A model generated the notes under the pieces. The model did no database searches. It was not told where the DNA came from and saw only the letters and a list, made by a program, of their open reading frames with translations. A stretch of 63,998 bases of DNA, counting the filler, from Rhabdomonas costata (Eukaryota): NCBI GenBank assembly GCA_019059605.1. It is 32 parts of 32 records of this genome, joined end to end, with 100 filler letters (N's around TTAATTAATTAA, not from the genome) between each part and the next. Parts side by side here need not be neighbours in the genome. Positions count along the whole stretch, not along the records: positions 36,086 to 37,987 come from JAHMHO010007569.1; positions 38,088 to 39,991 come from JAHMHO010007570.1; positions 40,092 to 41,995 come from JAHMHO010007571.1; positions 42,096 to 43,999 come from JAHMHO010007572.1; positions 44,100 to 46,002 come from JAHMHO010007573.1; positions 46,103 to 48,005 come from JAHMHO010007574.1; positions 48,106 to 50,008 come from JAHMHO010007575.1; 25 more parts are not named here. The stretch is one strand, 5' to 3'. Both the position numbers and the translations under genes were made by a program. This document shows positions 37,522-49,285 of the stretch, in pieces; the first letter of the stretch is position 1, and the number at the start of each line of letters is the position of its first letter.

Positions 37522-38927
37522 CCATGTCCTCCCTCCCATTTGATACTGGAGTTGCAAGGGCCGGGCCGGTTAAGATGCGTTGATTACCATTTGTCGTGTT
37601 CCACCGGGTGGATACTGACAACCTTGACAACCTATTCTATTTGCACTTTCGCGCAGCCCAGCCATTGTTGTGTTACGCTTGCCGTCGCTCTATTGCGATG
37701 CTCACTTGTGTACGATATGGTTCCGCGATGTTAATACATTTGACATAGAGTTTTTTTCCAACTTGGTCGGATGTCTTGCTAGAAACGCTTTGTAGAGACT
37801 AAGGCGGAATTCGTAGCTTGTCTCGTTTTGGAAAAAATAGCGAAATACCTAAGAGGCTTTCCAGCATTGGTCCCAGCTCGTACATTGGATGTGGCCTCGA
37901 TAATAATGATACAACGTCGTACGTAATTTGGCCTCTTCCTGCCCTGAAGAGATTTTCTGAACAAACCCCTTCCTGGCACCCCCCACANNNNNNNNNNNNN
38001 NNNNNNNNNNNNNNNNNNNNNNNNNNNNNNNTTAATTAATTAANNNNNNNNNNNNNNNNNNNNNNNNNNNNNNNNNNNNNNNNNNNNTGTGTTGGCACTG
38101 TTTTTGGCCATGGAGCATAGTTATATTGAGTCCCAGACTCTAGCCCATCCGAGTGAGCGCTGATGGAATTGTTGGCTTTTTCTCCCGGATTGCTCCTAGG
38201 ACTCGATCAAGGTTCAGATGCAACCTTCTCCCAAGAAGCCGGGTGGTCCTAGCTGGGCCAAAAGTCCGTGAAACGTGGAATCGTGAACCGTTACTGTTTT
38301 GTTTTCAGTGTTTGTGCCGTAAATTGTTTTGCCGTGAGAGTGCCGTACTCTATGGTTCTTGCCCTGTCTGTCTGTGCTGCCTGTCAATTGTCTGTACATT
38401 CGTGGTGCATTTAGTTGTTTCGTCTGTTCCCTCGATGACCGAAGCTCTCTCCAAGCTGCCTCTCGAAATCTCAAACAAAAAATGCAGCAGGGGATGCTTG
38501 CGCGGACGGTCGGATTCTTTGGAGTCTTGCATGTCGGACTGGCTTTGGTGGCCCCTCCCCTCCCAGCGATCTCCGCCGATCCGGCCTCATGCTCATAATA
38601 AGGACCGACCACACAGTGTTTGCAAAGGCCCGAGCACATAGAACCGACCCAGGCTGCTGCGACTTTCCATCATTTAATTTTGGGGGATCCTCTTTCGAAA
38701 AATGGATTTGGTAGAAGGTGATAGAAGACGCTCCCCACGAGCTTCGTTCTGTGGCTGCTGTGGAAGCGAATTCTTCTTCTAATCATTGGCTTCTCCAGTT
38801 TGCCTAAAGTTACTTCAACGTAAATGCCTTTGTAACCTCTGCGCTTGATTTTGCTAAACGCTTAGAACTTGTTTTCTTTATGCAAAGGTTGTTATTTTCG
38901 TTCCCCGCTGCCTGTGCAGTGCACCCT

Positions 38928-39925
38928 ATGGCAGGGTGCGATCTTCACGCATGGTACACAAGTAATCTGAGGCGAATAAACCTCGGCCGAATTGCTGCTG
39001 ATTTCCCTCCTATTTCCAAGGAGAAGGCCAAGAAAGATTGGCTGGACTTCAATGGAAAGCACAAGTTCAACCCTGAAGTCTTCGAAGCTGTGTGGTCAGC
39101 GGTCGGTAATGAACTATCTTGGATGGAGCCCTCGACACCGGCCCTTGGGGAGTCTTCTGCATCCTCTTCTGTCGCGGTGTCCCTCGGACGCAATGACTGC
39201 TCTGAAGATGGGGTCCTGAATTCTTCTGGGGCAAATGGACCTGCCAGTGGAGGGGCTTCGCTCGAGAGCGAGGATGCGGAGGTTCCCCTTGTCCTGTCGT
39301 GCCTTGAAAACGATCCATTTGTGATGCACGCTCTTGCCCCCTCTGCCACCGAAAGCAGGCCCGACCGTGACCTCGCCTCGCATGGCAATGCTTTACCCGC
39401 TGCCACAGCACAACCTGCAGTTGAGGCGGCGGGGGTACGTCTGGTGGGCAACAATCGCAAGGCTCACCGAAAGGGCCACTATTCCGACGAGAATGCTCAG
39501 TTGTCACGTTCGTCATCCTCTTCTGGCGGCTTCACTTGTCCAAAAAAGAGCTGGAAGGTTAATGCTCTCAGACGCTATTGTCCGCTTGAGGAAGGGCAGA
39601 CCCCCCGCCGCAGTGGAAGGGTTCGTCGCCCCAGCTCTCGGGTGTTGTTTGACTCCAGCAGCTTGGCAACAGTTCATCGTGCGGTCAGAGCACCGGTGGT
39701 TGTCGAGGATGAGAATGATGCTACAAGGTCAGCTCCGCCGAGTTCAGCTCCAATTCTGGCGAAGTCACAGGGCTCGGTGGTTGAATCTGCGCAGTGCACT
39801 GCAGCACCATCCGCATCGTCGTCGTCATCTACATCTTCATTTCCCCTGGACAGCATCCCAACGGCTTCGAAGTTTGCAAACATCCCCGGGGATGTGTTCC
39901 TTCACTTTCTCATCCGCAGTCTACG
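38928..39925 (+). CDS. Protein with small N-terminal domain, long disordered linker and F-box-like motif; first exon
   Basis: An open frame of about 1 kb runs from ATG 38928 to a GTGAGT donor at 39926 and ends FANIPGDVFLHFLIRSL (F-box-like). Confidence 0.7.
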
Positions 39926-40367
39926 GTGAGTTTGGATCTTTTCGTCCTGAAGGGAATGGGGATGGGTCTGATTTACTCTGGACAAAAAACCNNNNNNNNN
40001 NNNNNNNNNNNNNNNNNNNNNNNNNNNNNNNNNNNTTAATTAATTAANNNNNNNNNNNNNNNNNNNNNNNNNNNNNNNNNNNNNNNNNNNNTAATCCTAC
40101 CAAGGAAGAAAATAAATTTAACGCGCTACTCACCCATTAATTTAAAGACTTGAACTATATCAGAAGGATTAGCAATATTTGTGTCTGATAAAGACGATAA
40201 AGGAACATCAGTTTCACCGAAATCGGGCAAACATTAACCTCAATGACCCATTCAAGAATAGCATTATCAGCAGAAGTACTAAATGACCGGTGTTTCCGTC
40301 GAGATGAGCTCCACGGCTTTTCGTAGAGCTCCCCGCTTCCTTTGGCAATAGGTTACGCGGGGTAGGA

Positions 40368-40414
40368 CTCTCTCTCTCTCTCTCTCTCTCGCGCGCACGC
40401 ACACACACACACAC
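40368..40414 (+). repeat. Compound (CT)n(GC)n(CA)n microsatellite
   Basis: Read directly from the sequence. Confidence 0.95.
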
Positions 40415-40709
40415 CACTTGCACAAAGGCATTGTTTCTGTGGTGAACCACCCAAAAACCGCTTCTTCGGTGTGCATGTGTGTTGTGTGTTGCTCTGGTGC
40501 TTCGACATGCAGGTGCAAGTTGGAGAAAGGAGGGTACCCTCCACTCACAGCTGATCAGCCTCTATTAAGATCCCCCGGATCATTTCCGAGACGATCGAAT
40601 CGATCCCTGACCGGGGTGCAGGGCGCACGGCTCACAAGGTGTGCAGGGCTGCGTTCAGGACAGGACTGCGCACGCATGCATGCTCATATACGCACAATCA
40701 AATCGACAC

Positions 40710-41862
40710 CTTGTCGCACTCGGTGCAAGGCGCGAGATCCTCGAAGTGGGCCCGCAGCGCCTCCTCCCAGGCCAAGGCCAGCTCCGTGTCTGTGAAGCTA
40801 GACCGCCGCCCCCACAGATTGCGGGGCAACGACCTCCACACCGACGGCAGCTCCTCGGGCTGCCCGCCAGAACCCCCGTCGCCCGGGCGTTGGTGGTGCT
40901 GGTGCTTCGTGGGCAGCAGCAGGGTGGCAGGAATGTAGTGCAGCAGGGTCACAAAGCTCTGCAGGTGGTCCCCGGCTAACCCGCAGCGCGGGCACTGCTC
41001 GCTCTTGGAAATGATCTCCTGGAACCACACAGGAAAGCAGGACGCCAGCAAGACCGGGCTGCGTAGGGATAGTGGGGCCCCTTGCCTAAAGGTGACTGCC
41101 AATGGCCGCTGGGGTTCAGTGAAATCAAGTGGTACAAGTGCAGCTGTGAACTGGGTTCGGCGCCAGGGGAGGGCAAGTTTCGGAGTGGCATTCCCCTCGA
41201 CCCTTTTTGCGCGCACGCCGGTGTGTGTGAATGGGCACGGGGCACGCCCTCAACCCAACGCACGATGTGGTCTTCAGCACTGTGTGGTCGGCTCGCTCAC
41301 GAGCTTGCGCCTCGCTGTCATCACGCATGATCCCGGGAACGGGGGTTTTCTTTTTCTCCCATCCTTACGGAGACGTGCGCAGTGTTCTTTTTCGGTTCTT
41401 TGCGCACCTGGGTTTGGTGAATTTTCACACGGCCGTTTGTCCCTTGCGCCGCATCATTCACTGCTCCCACACGCATCGCAGCGCATCGTGCCGCCTTTCC
41501 TCTTCTTCGGTTCTGTCCCTACGTCAGGCAGCAGTATAGCATTCAGCGTGTGTATGTGTGTTCCAAGGGTAGCTACGATATGCATCTGCAAAGTGACTTT
41601 CCCTATTTTGTCATGCTTGGGTGTGTCTTTCCCAATCTCAGTCCAAAGTTTCACCCCCAACCTATGACTCACGTCATGGGGTGCGGGAAAGAGGAGGGGT
41701 CCGGTGAGAGGCGTGGGGAAGAGGAGGAGGACGGGGGGCGGGTACCGCCCCGAAGACGGAGTGCACCAGGCAGGGAGGTGTGCAATGCTCTTCGGGGCCC
41801 GCCCCACTGAGCTCCGTGTGAAGCCGCCGCAACAGGTGGTCCAGCAGCTCCGCAGCGTCGTC
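40710..41862 (-). CDS. Ubiquitin-specific protease (peptidase C19) family, internal exons 41862-41746 and 41018-40710
   Basis: DDAAELLDHLLRRLHTEL...LVHSVFGA|EIISKSEQCPRCG...CTECDK corresponds to the QQDAxEF box followed by the finger-domain CxxC pairs. Confidence 0.8.
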
Positions 41863-44099
41863 CTTTTTGGAAGCGAAGCAGTTGCACGAGCGCTACAGCT
41901 ACACCATCAAAGAGCCAGAGAGCCAGACTCACCCTCACAAATAACATTGCGGACAAAAGATATCGTCACCCCAAACAACCACCCACACCCAACACNNNNN
42001 NNNNNNNNNNNNNNNNNNNNNNNNNNNNNNNNNNNNNNNTTAATTAATTAANNNNNNNNNNNNNNNNNNNNNNNNNNNNNNNNNNNNNNNNNNNNGGGTT
42101 TGACCTGGGAGGCAAAATGCGGTAATGGAAAGGAGCTTTGCGCGCCGAAGGCGCGGGGATTGTTAGGAGTAAATCTCCAGTCCTTTCAGGCTTTTAGGTA
42201 CACAGTGCAAAGGCGAAGTTTCGGCCTCAGTGGCAGTCATTTTGAAGATGAAATAGACGTGTTTCGGGTGGACGGCGTGCACCTTCAACGCCAAACATCA
42301 GCCGACACACTGACTGCCCTGATTTAGTGCCGCTCAGCCCTAAACACGGTGCTCGAACTGCTCCGACGAAAGCCTCCGTTTACGGTGGAACCTGCTATAG
42401 AAATCCCCGCCTTACAATCGAGAAATTTCCTTCCTGCGAAACGGCGCCACCACACGATCTGGCAATTAATACGTGATTTTTTTTTGCCAAAAACAGCAAC
42501 TTTGCAGTTTGGCATTGTTCTGGAACACCTGTCCGCACAAAAAACATCCTGACCAATGGTACCGATTTGCTTGTATTGAGCGCATGTCTGAAATCACATT
42601 AAGTCCATGATAAGGGCAGGGCGGGTAAATCCTGCTGTCTTCATTTCCTTAGTTAACGCCTTCGTTTCCTTTCCTTTTGCCCTTGACCCCGAGAACTCAG
42701 TTGCACTTTCTCCCGTTTTTTGAACGCGGAACTGTGCGCCCTAAAGCAGGCACGCACGTCCGCGGTTTTTGCCCCGTCCCATGTTAAACCTTATTTTTAG
42801 AGCAATTCCAAACCGGGAAACCACCGTTGCCCCAACTAGTGTGAACAACAACCCCCACTTCTTTGCCACTTCTGTTCCTTTCGCCCAACGGCAACGCTAA
42901 ACCCGTTTTGAGCTCATGTCCAAGCGCCGCTGCCTTTCGGTACAAAATCATACCGGGAAAAAAGAGCGGCGCTGGAATCCCCGCTGGAATCGGGTACATT
43001 CGGTATTCCCCCTTGACTCAAGCGAATTCGAAAAATAACGATAGAGGCGCGTCAAATACAAGCCTTCGAACTGTGCTCGGTAGGGATGCCCGCTTCCCAG
43101 CTTTCAAATGGGTTTAGCGGGCGCTTCCGGATGCTGTTTTCCACGATTTCTCCGCGGCAAAAGGTCCCATGTGCCGCCTCGCCCTGGGAGGGGGATTCAG
43201 GATGCACCTGTTCAAGGGGGCCAAAAGAACAAAGCAGACCTGGGATACTAGACGGCCCCGGAAATCTGGGCGTCAATTTGTGCAAATCGGAACCCATCGT
43301 TTAAACCCCTGGAGGTCATTACTATCACTGTCCATTAGAATTTACCAGCTCTTGATTTTACCGCCAGACTGCGCCAAGCCAAAATGAATATCAGCTTGGA
43401 TTTATCGGCGATTGCAAACGCACTCTTCGGCCCATGACGTCAGAAAATTTCTATGGCGTTTACCGTTGAAAACTCGGAGGATGAAATTGAACAGTTAAAA
43501 GAAAATCGGATTGTGCCGAATAGGAAAATGATGGCGCAGAGCGCCGGCGCCGACAACGCGTCAATGGACGAGAAAGCAAAGGCTGCATTCCGACAAGGGG
43601 CTCCGTTCAGGAGTTTACGTAGCAGTATCATATTTTGTTCCATGTGCTGGCCAATGAGTGGAACAAAATAGGCTACCCATACCAAATAATTACAAATATA
43701 AGGGAGGAAGTAAAGCCAAATCGGACGCTTTAAAACAAAGATGTTAGGAAATATTGTCGCTGCAGAGTCTAAGGAAAAAATTAGAAAAAGCAACTCAGGA
43801 GACCAGTAAAATGTATAAAAAAACTCCACACACATGCATTACACAACAGCGCTTGCAATTAAAATGAGCCAAATCTAGCAGATTAAGAGACAAGAGTACT
43901 GAGTCCAATTTCTTGTATGCTAGTTTTTGTACAATTGAGGACCATGATACTTGTGGGTAGAGTCCCAAGCCGTAAGTATGTCAAGTTGTTCATAATGAAN
44001 NNNNNNNNNNNNNNNNNNNNNNNNNNNNNNNNNNNNNNNNNNNTTAATTAATTAANNNNNNNNNNNNNNNNNNNNNNNNNNNNNNNNNNNNNNNNNNNN

Positions 44100-45629
44100 G
44101 GTGGTTGTGCAAAAAGTTCATTGGGGATTGCATCATGGCGCTGTGGAACGCCCCGCTGCGGCTTCCCGGGCACGCCGCTGCGGCGTGCCGGGCTGCGGTG
44201 CAGATGCAAGCCGCGCTGATGACCCTCAATGAGCGGTGGTCGCAGGAGGACTGCCCCGAGCTGAAGTATGCGCGGCGGAGTGTCGGGTTGTTCTGCCGGG
44301 GGGTTCACTTATGCATATCTATACGGGCCTTGACCGTCACTCCTGGGTGCAGCTCTCCACCTTAATTTGGAGTTCCCCGCTCATTCGTACTCGCATCTTT
44401 ACGAATAAATATGAATTTTTCTATTTCTCGAATCCGCCAGAAAGAAATACGAAGGTAAAAGTTGAGGGCTGAGTTGAGGGCTAAGTTCGAGATTTTTCGA
44501 GGGAAAAAGTGAGATTTTTGAGAAAGTTTTATGTCCGTCGGTTTTTGCTCAATTCTGCTTTATTTTGTATGCACGCATTTATGTTCAAGCACGATTTTTT
44601 TTTTGCAAACTTGGGGAGCGCGTTCCCCACTGCACCGCTGTGATATGGAGCTGGGGAGGAGGAATCTATGCGATCCTCTCTGACCGTCCATTCCTCACAA
44701 TTCAGTCATCAATCATGCTCTGTTCGCAAGTCGAGCACAAAAAGTGCCAATGTCCTGTCACCGGACAACAGGTGACCGTCACACAACAGTTATGCGTACT
44801 ATGCTCAGTACTCACTTTCACACATACACATACATGCACGGATCTGGTCTGGGATGGGGTCTGGGGTGGTTTTACGTTACTACGTTATGACATTGTTTTT
44901 CGCTATAACTACGTTACACGGTGAATACGTCAATCAAAGTCGGTGGGGTCCGGTCCACTAATACACCATGGCATATGCTTCGCTTCGACGTGTATCGTCA
45001 CGTAGGACGATACACGTTCCTACCAACAATTATAACCCCACCTGAGACCCTGAAAAGGCCAAAAAGCGTTTTCTTTTGACTTTATCATTTCATGATATGA
45101 TCCTATAACCCCGTTGGAGCGGTAAAGGCCCCCCTCCGCACAGACAATCATAGATCTCAGTCGTACACTCCTCTGATCTCACGCACTGCTCAACTTCGTC
45201 ACAAGCAGACACAATACTGCTTTGGTGTAGGTTTCGCACGGGGATCAACAGCGCGAGGGTTCTTGTCGGAAACTACGGCTGTGACTACCGAGTCAGCTAC
45301 ACTGCTCTTGGTATGCACCCTTTCCCTCTCCAGATTCCTCCGATACACCCCCACCCATCGATACGAACATACAAATTTACCCCTGCGGACATTTGTCCTC
45401 TGTGGTGTGCAAATGGTCTGTTTTGGCTTTTGCCGTCGGTTAATGCCGTTATCCATGGTTTCAATTCCATGGGTTTGTCATGCACGGCCACTCCGTTCTT
45501 CGATGACCCACTCTCTCACTGGTGGGGAGATTCCCCTGTGGTATACAATGTGTGGGGCAATGGACAGTGGTGGGGTGCCGCGCAGGGGATGGAGTCAACC
45601 TCGCCAGCCGACTGGAGGCCTCAAACAAG
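44100..45629 (+). CDS. Class III adenylate cyclase catalytic domain; exons 44100-44265, 45231-45310, 45586-45629
   Basis: The spliced translation reads KFIGDCIMALWNAP...K|FRTGINSARVLVGNYGCDYRVSYTALG|DGVNLASRLEASNK. The adenine-specifying Lys and Thr and the catalytic Asn/Arg are intact. Confidence 0.96.
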
Positions 45630-46102
45630 GCAAACCAACCTCGCCCTCTCCACTTTCTCTTGACGCCTCACCCCATCGCATTCTCATTGTGTTGCGCATT
45701 CCTCTCATTTGTTGGCGGTCCAACGGTGTTAAAGTCTAGCGGTGTCTAAGACCAACTTACCCCGCATGTGGTGCGAGAATCATGGTGGCTTGCTTTGCTC
45801 CAGTGACTCCGACCGCTCAGGTTCTGCCCCTCACCCCCCCGCACCTCCCTCGCTGCGGTATTCCTTTCGCTGCGGGCTTCTTTTTGCTGTGCGTTTATTT
45901 AAGCGACGCACCCAAAGATAGGGTGCGCCGGATACTATCGCGTCTTCGCGCTTTGGCCTTTTGACTTGCGCAACTTCAAAACAGATCCAGTGGGTCCAAA
46001 AANNNNNNNNNNNNNNNNNNNNNNNNNNNNNNNNNNNNNNNNNNNNTTAATTAATTAANNNNNNNNNNNNNNNNNNNNNNNNNNNNNNNNNNNNNNNNNN
46101 NN

Positions 46103-46236
46103 TTGTTTTATCCTCCCTTGTATTCCGTTAGTGTGGTGATGTGTTGTGTTGATGACTGAACTAACGGGGACCCCTCGGTTCAGTCATCAACACAACACAT
46201 CACCACACTAACGGAATACAAGGGAGGATAAAACAA
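46103..46236. repeat. Terminal inverted repeat (59-bp perfect arms 46103-46161 / 46178-46236), probable fold-back chimera
   Basis: It starts at the first base of the contig. Confidence 0.9.
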
Positions 46237-47149
46237 TTTTTGCCCATGACAACCTGGGTCAATGAAACTGGCGGAGGTCGCAAGTCAGGCCAACGCAGCA
46301 GTTCAACACCAAGAGGGGGAAGGGAGAAGGGTAACCGAGACAGCATGGTCTCCGCGGACGCTGCGCAATTCATATGTGATGATGGCGGCAGTGGCATAGC
46401 TCTATCTTGAATATTCCTCTGCTGTGGCAAGAACAGCCCAATAAACATCACTCTCGACGTGCCTACGACTTTCTAGACTGTATCTGTAAAAACAGAAGGC
46501 GAAACTCAAACTCAACTCATCGAGAAACCGACCGACGCATCGACAAGGGCTATGGAAATGTGATACTTCAACACAGGCGGCAAACACGATGTCAATGAGG
46601 GAAACGGTCCTTTTCCACAGGTCTTTTGAATAATTGAAGAATCGCAATGAAAATCTAGGCAGGTGGTACCGATTTTGGAGCTGTAGCCGTGCCTTGGCCA
46701 CGGCGGTGGGGGCGGCTCAGGTGGTGCATACAGTTCTGCGGCACCGGGAGGAGTAAGCGGCCCAGGTACGCACCGCCACACCGGTGGCGTTCTCGGGGAC
46801 CGCGGAACCTTCGCAACCTGAGGCAAAACAGTCACCGCAGTCGCGGCACTCCCAGAGCTATATTCCTGGTACTCTTGATGAAAGCTGAAAAAGATAATCC
46901 TACACAGTGCACAAGATAATCCTACGTACACCGCATCGAAAGGGCATAAACTGTGATTGCATAAGGGACAACTATCGCATTTCTTCTGTGAGTATGTGTG
47001 TCGGGGGGGGGGGTTAAAAGTTCAGCAGCCGCTAAGGCCCCCGCTCTCACATCCGTGCGATCTGTTTTTGATGATGCGCACTTTGCCTTCTAATCACACA
47101 CAAAAATGCTTTAACTGAACGTCATTTCATGCCCCACTATATAGCACCC

Positions 47150-47191
47150 GGAATTCGGAAGCGACGTGATGGAATTCGGAAGCGGCGTGAT
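47150..47191 (+). repeat. 21-bp tandem duplication GGAATTCGGAAGCG(A/G)CGTGAT
   Basis: Read directly from the sequence; one mismatch between copies. Confidence 0.9.
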
Positions 47192-47365
47192 GCAAAGAAA
47201 GGTGCCTCACCTACGCGGCCTAGAGTAACTTCGGAAACACAGCGGTTCACAAACGTGAATAGAAGGTGAGGTTTTGGGCTCACGGAGACAAGAGAGTACG
47301 CTCAATACAAACAGGCACAGCACATGCAGCTTCTCTCGTCCCACATCAAGGAGAAAAGCAAGCGG

Positions 47366-48005
47366 GGTGCACACCAACTTGGGCTGACCCGTGGAGGCAA
47401 CGGGGGCAGAGTAACCCTCTTCCTTGGTCCTGTGATGAGGCCGCTGCCGGGCTTCTCTTCGTCGGGGTCCCCCGACCTCGACGCCTGCGTTGGCGTTGCT
47501 CTCCGGGACGTCTCTCGAAGAGCTGTGGCTTTGTTCCTGCCGCTGCGCAGGCTCGGGGGTCCACTGGCTCCAAACCACCTCGTCATGTTCTTCCCCTAGT
47601 GATGGGGTTCGGTGTCTAGATCCGTGCTTCTCATGATGTCTTCTTCTCCTATGGCTGTCTCGCTTGGAATGATGGTGCCTGTGATGTTCCTCATTCACAC
47701 TCACAGCCTCCGCACTGGGATCCTGTCCTCTCTCACGATGACGATTGGAGTCGGAAACAATACTGCCCACTTTGCCCGGGGCTTCGTTGTTCAGCAGGGG
47801 CACTTTCCCATCCACATTGGGCTTTTGGGAGTGCAAATCCTCAAGAGTGCTGTCACAAACCGCAGCTGCTGCCACTGAAACATTGACCCTCTTCTTGGGA
47901 GACGTCACAGCCCCCAAATCACCACTCAGTTCGGAAGGCTTACGAAGTGAGCTGTCCCCTGCCAGTAACTCCGCCTCACCCTTCTTACGTTTCGACCCAC
48001 AAACC
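47366..48005 (-). CDS. Low-complexity His/Arg/Ser-rich disordered exon of an unknown protein
   Basis: A long open frame runs from the contig end (..HHRHHHSKRDSHRRRRHHEK..). The 3' boundary is approximate. Confidence 0.55.
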
Positions 48006-48359
48006 NNNNNNNNNNNNNNNNNNNNNNNNNNNNNNNNNNNNNNNNNNNNTTAATTAATTAANNNNNNNNNNNNNNNNNNNNNNNNNNNNNNNNNNNNNNN
48101 NNNNNTTTTGTTGCCTTTGAGACCAAGAACACAACGGCAACATCAAACTAACTCCTCACCATCGCCCATAACGGCGATCAATAGTGTGCTTGTGTTGGAA
48201 AGGGGGGAAGGAACAAGCAGAACGCGGACTTTGCACGACTGCGGCGGAAAACACTCCTCTATCATACCCCGAATCTCGCCAAAAAGGCACCAAGCTCATC
48301 ATCGTCCCAGCAATAAAAGCCACCATCATCCAGGACACGTAAAAGCAAAGGGCACTCAC

Positions 48360-49285
48360 CTGAGTGAGGCCACCACTCGCGCAGCACATCAAAAAGGTAC
48401 GCCCATTGGAGGCCTTCCCGGTGAGGCTGGCGCCTAGTTCCGCCAGTGCGGAGACAGTCTGCGGGGAAAGGAGTGCAGTCCTGAAACCCACTCGTTGTGC
48501 ATGGAACATTTCATAACTCGGAAGGAAAAGTCAAGGGCATGAAGAGCTGAGAAGTGGGAAGGTAAAGGGCAAAGCCAACTCTCCTCCTTAGACAAATGAA
48601 AAAACAAATGAAATGATTCCTTCTTGAAGTTCGGGGGCTCTGCATGGAAGGAACTGCTGTAATAAAGGCTACCTCACATTAACAAATGTCCCATAATGGT
48701 TCCGCATGGCTCCCCACCGATCACCATTGCAACAATCCCTCCCAGTACTCCAAGCGGCCGAAACGAAGGAGAACAGCATCCCTATCCACCTCTCCCCGGA
48801 GGGTTGGTGTTAAGCGGTCTGGCAGGGCAAACATCCACGAAATGCAACGAATTACTCTGTGCAAAAATTTTACGCATACAAGAACATAGAGGTTTCGTTG
48901 AGATAGGATCGATGAGGACGAGAATGTCGTGGCAAGGGCTTGATGGGACGCAACGTGAGCCGTGGGTCGCCTCAAATTACTCTGTACCTTAAGTCATTGC
49001 GATGTGCTGCGATGGGTAGAGCTCCTTTGCCACTTGCAAATATCAAAGAAACAACTGACACTATTTTTTAGTTTGAGGACAACAGTTCCGCGTGCGGTGT
49101 TTGTGGGGAACAAACGAGAGGGAATGTGCTGGACACAGTGCGTGGGAGTGCGGGCACGCGAGCAAGGTGCAGCCCTTCGCTCGTACCTCTGCTCGGCCAT
49201 TCTCCGCCGCGAACATCACTGCAGTCCACCCCTCGTCGTTCTGAGCATCGATGTCCGCGCCACCTTTCACCAACTTCTTGCAGAC
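48360..49285 (-). CDS. Ankyrin-repeat protein, internal exons 49285-49187 and 48458-48360
   Basis: VCKKLVKGGADIDAQNDEGWTAVMFAAENGRAE and TVSALAELGASLTGKASNGRTFLMCCASGGLTQ are each 99 nt and AG/GT bounded. Confidence 0.9.

Noticed and set aside
37690..37987. Minus-strand frame with sparse stops as evidence for stop-codon reassignment
   Set aside because: The conserved genes in the window contain no in-frame stops and end at standard stops, so decay or chance explains it better.
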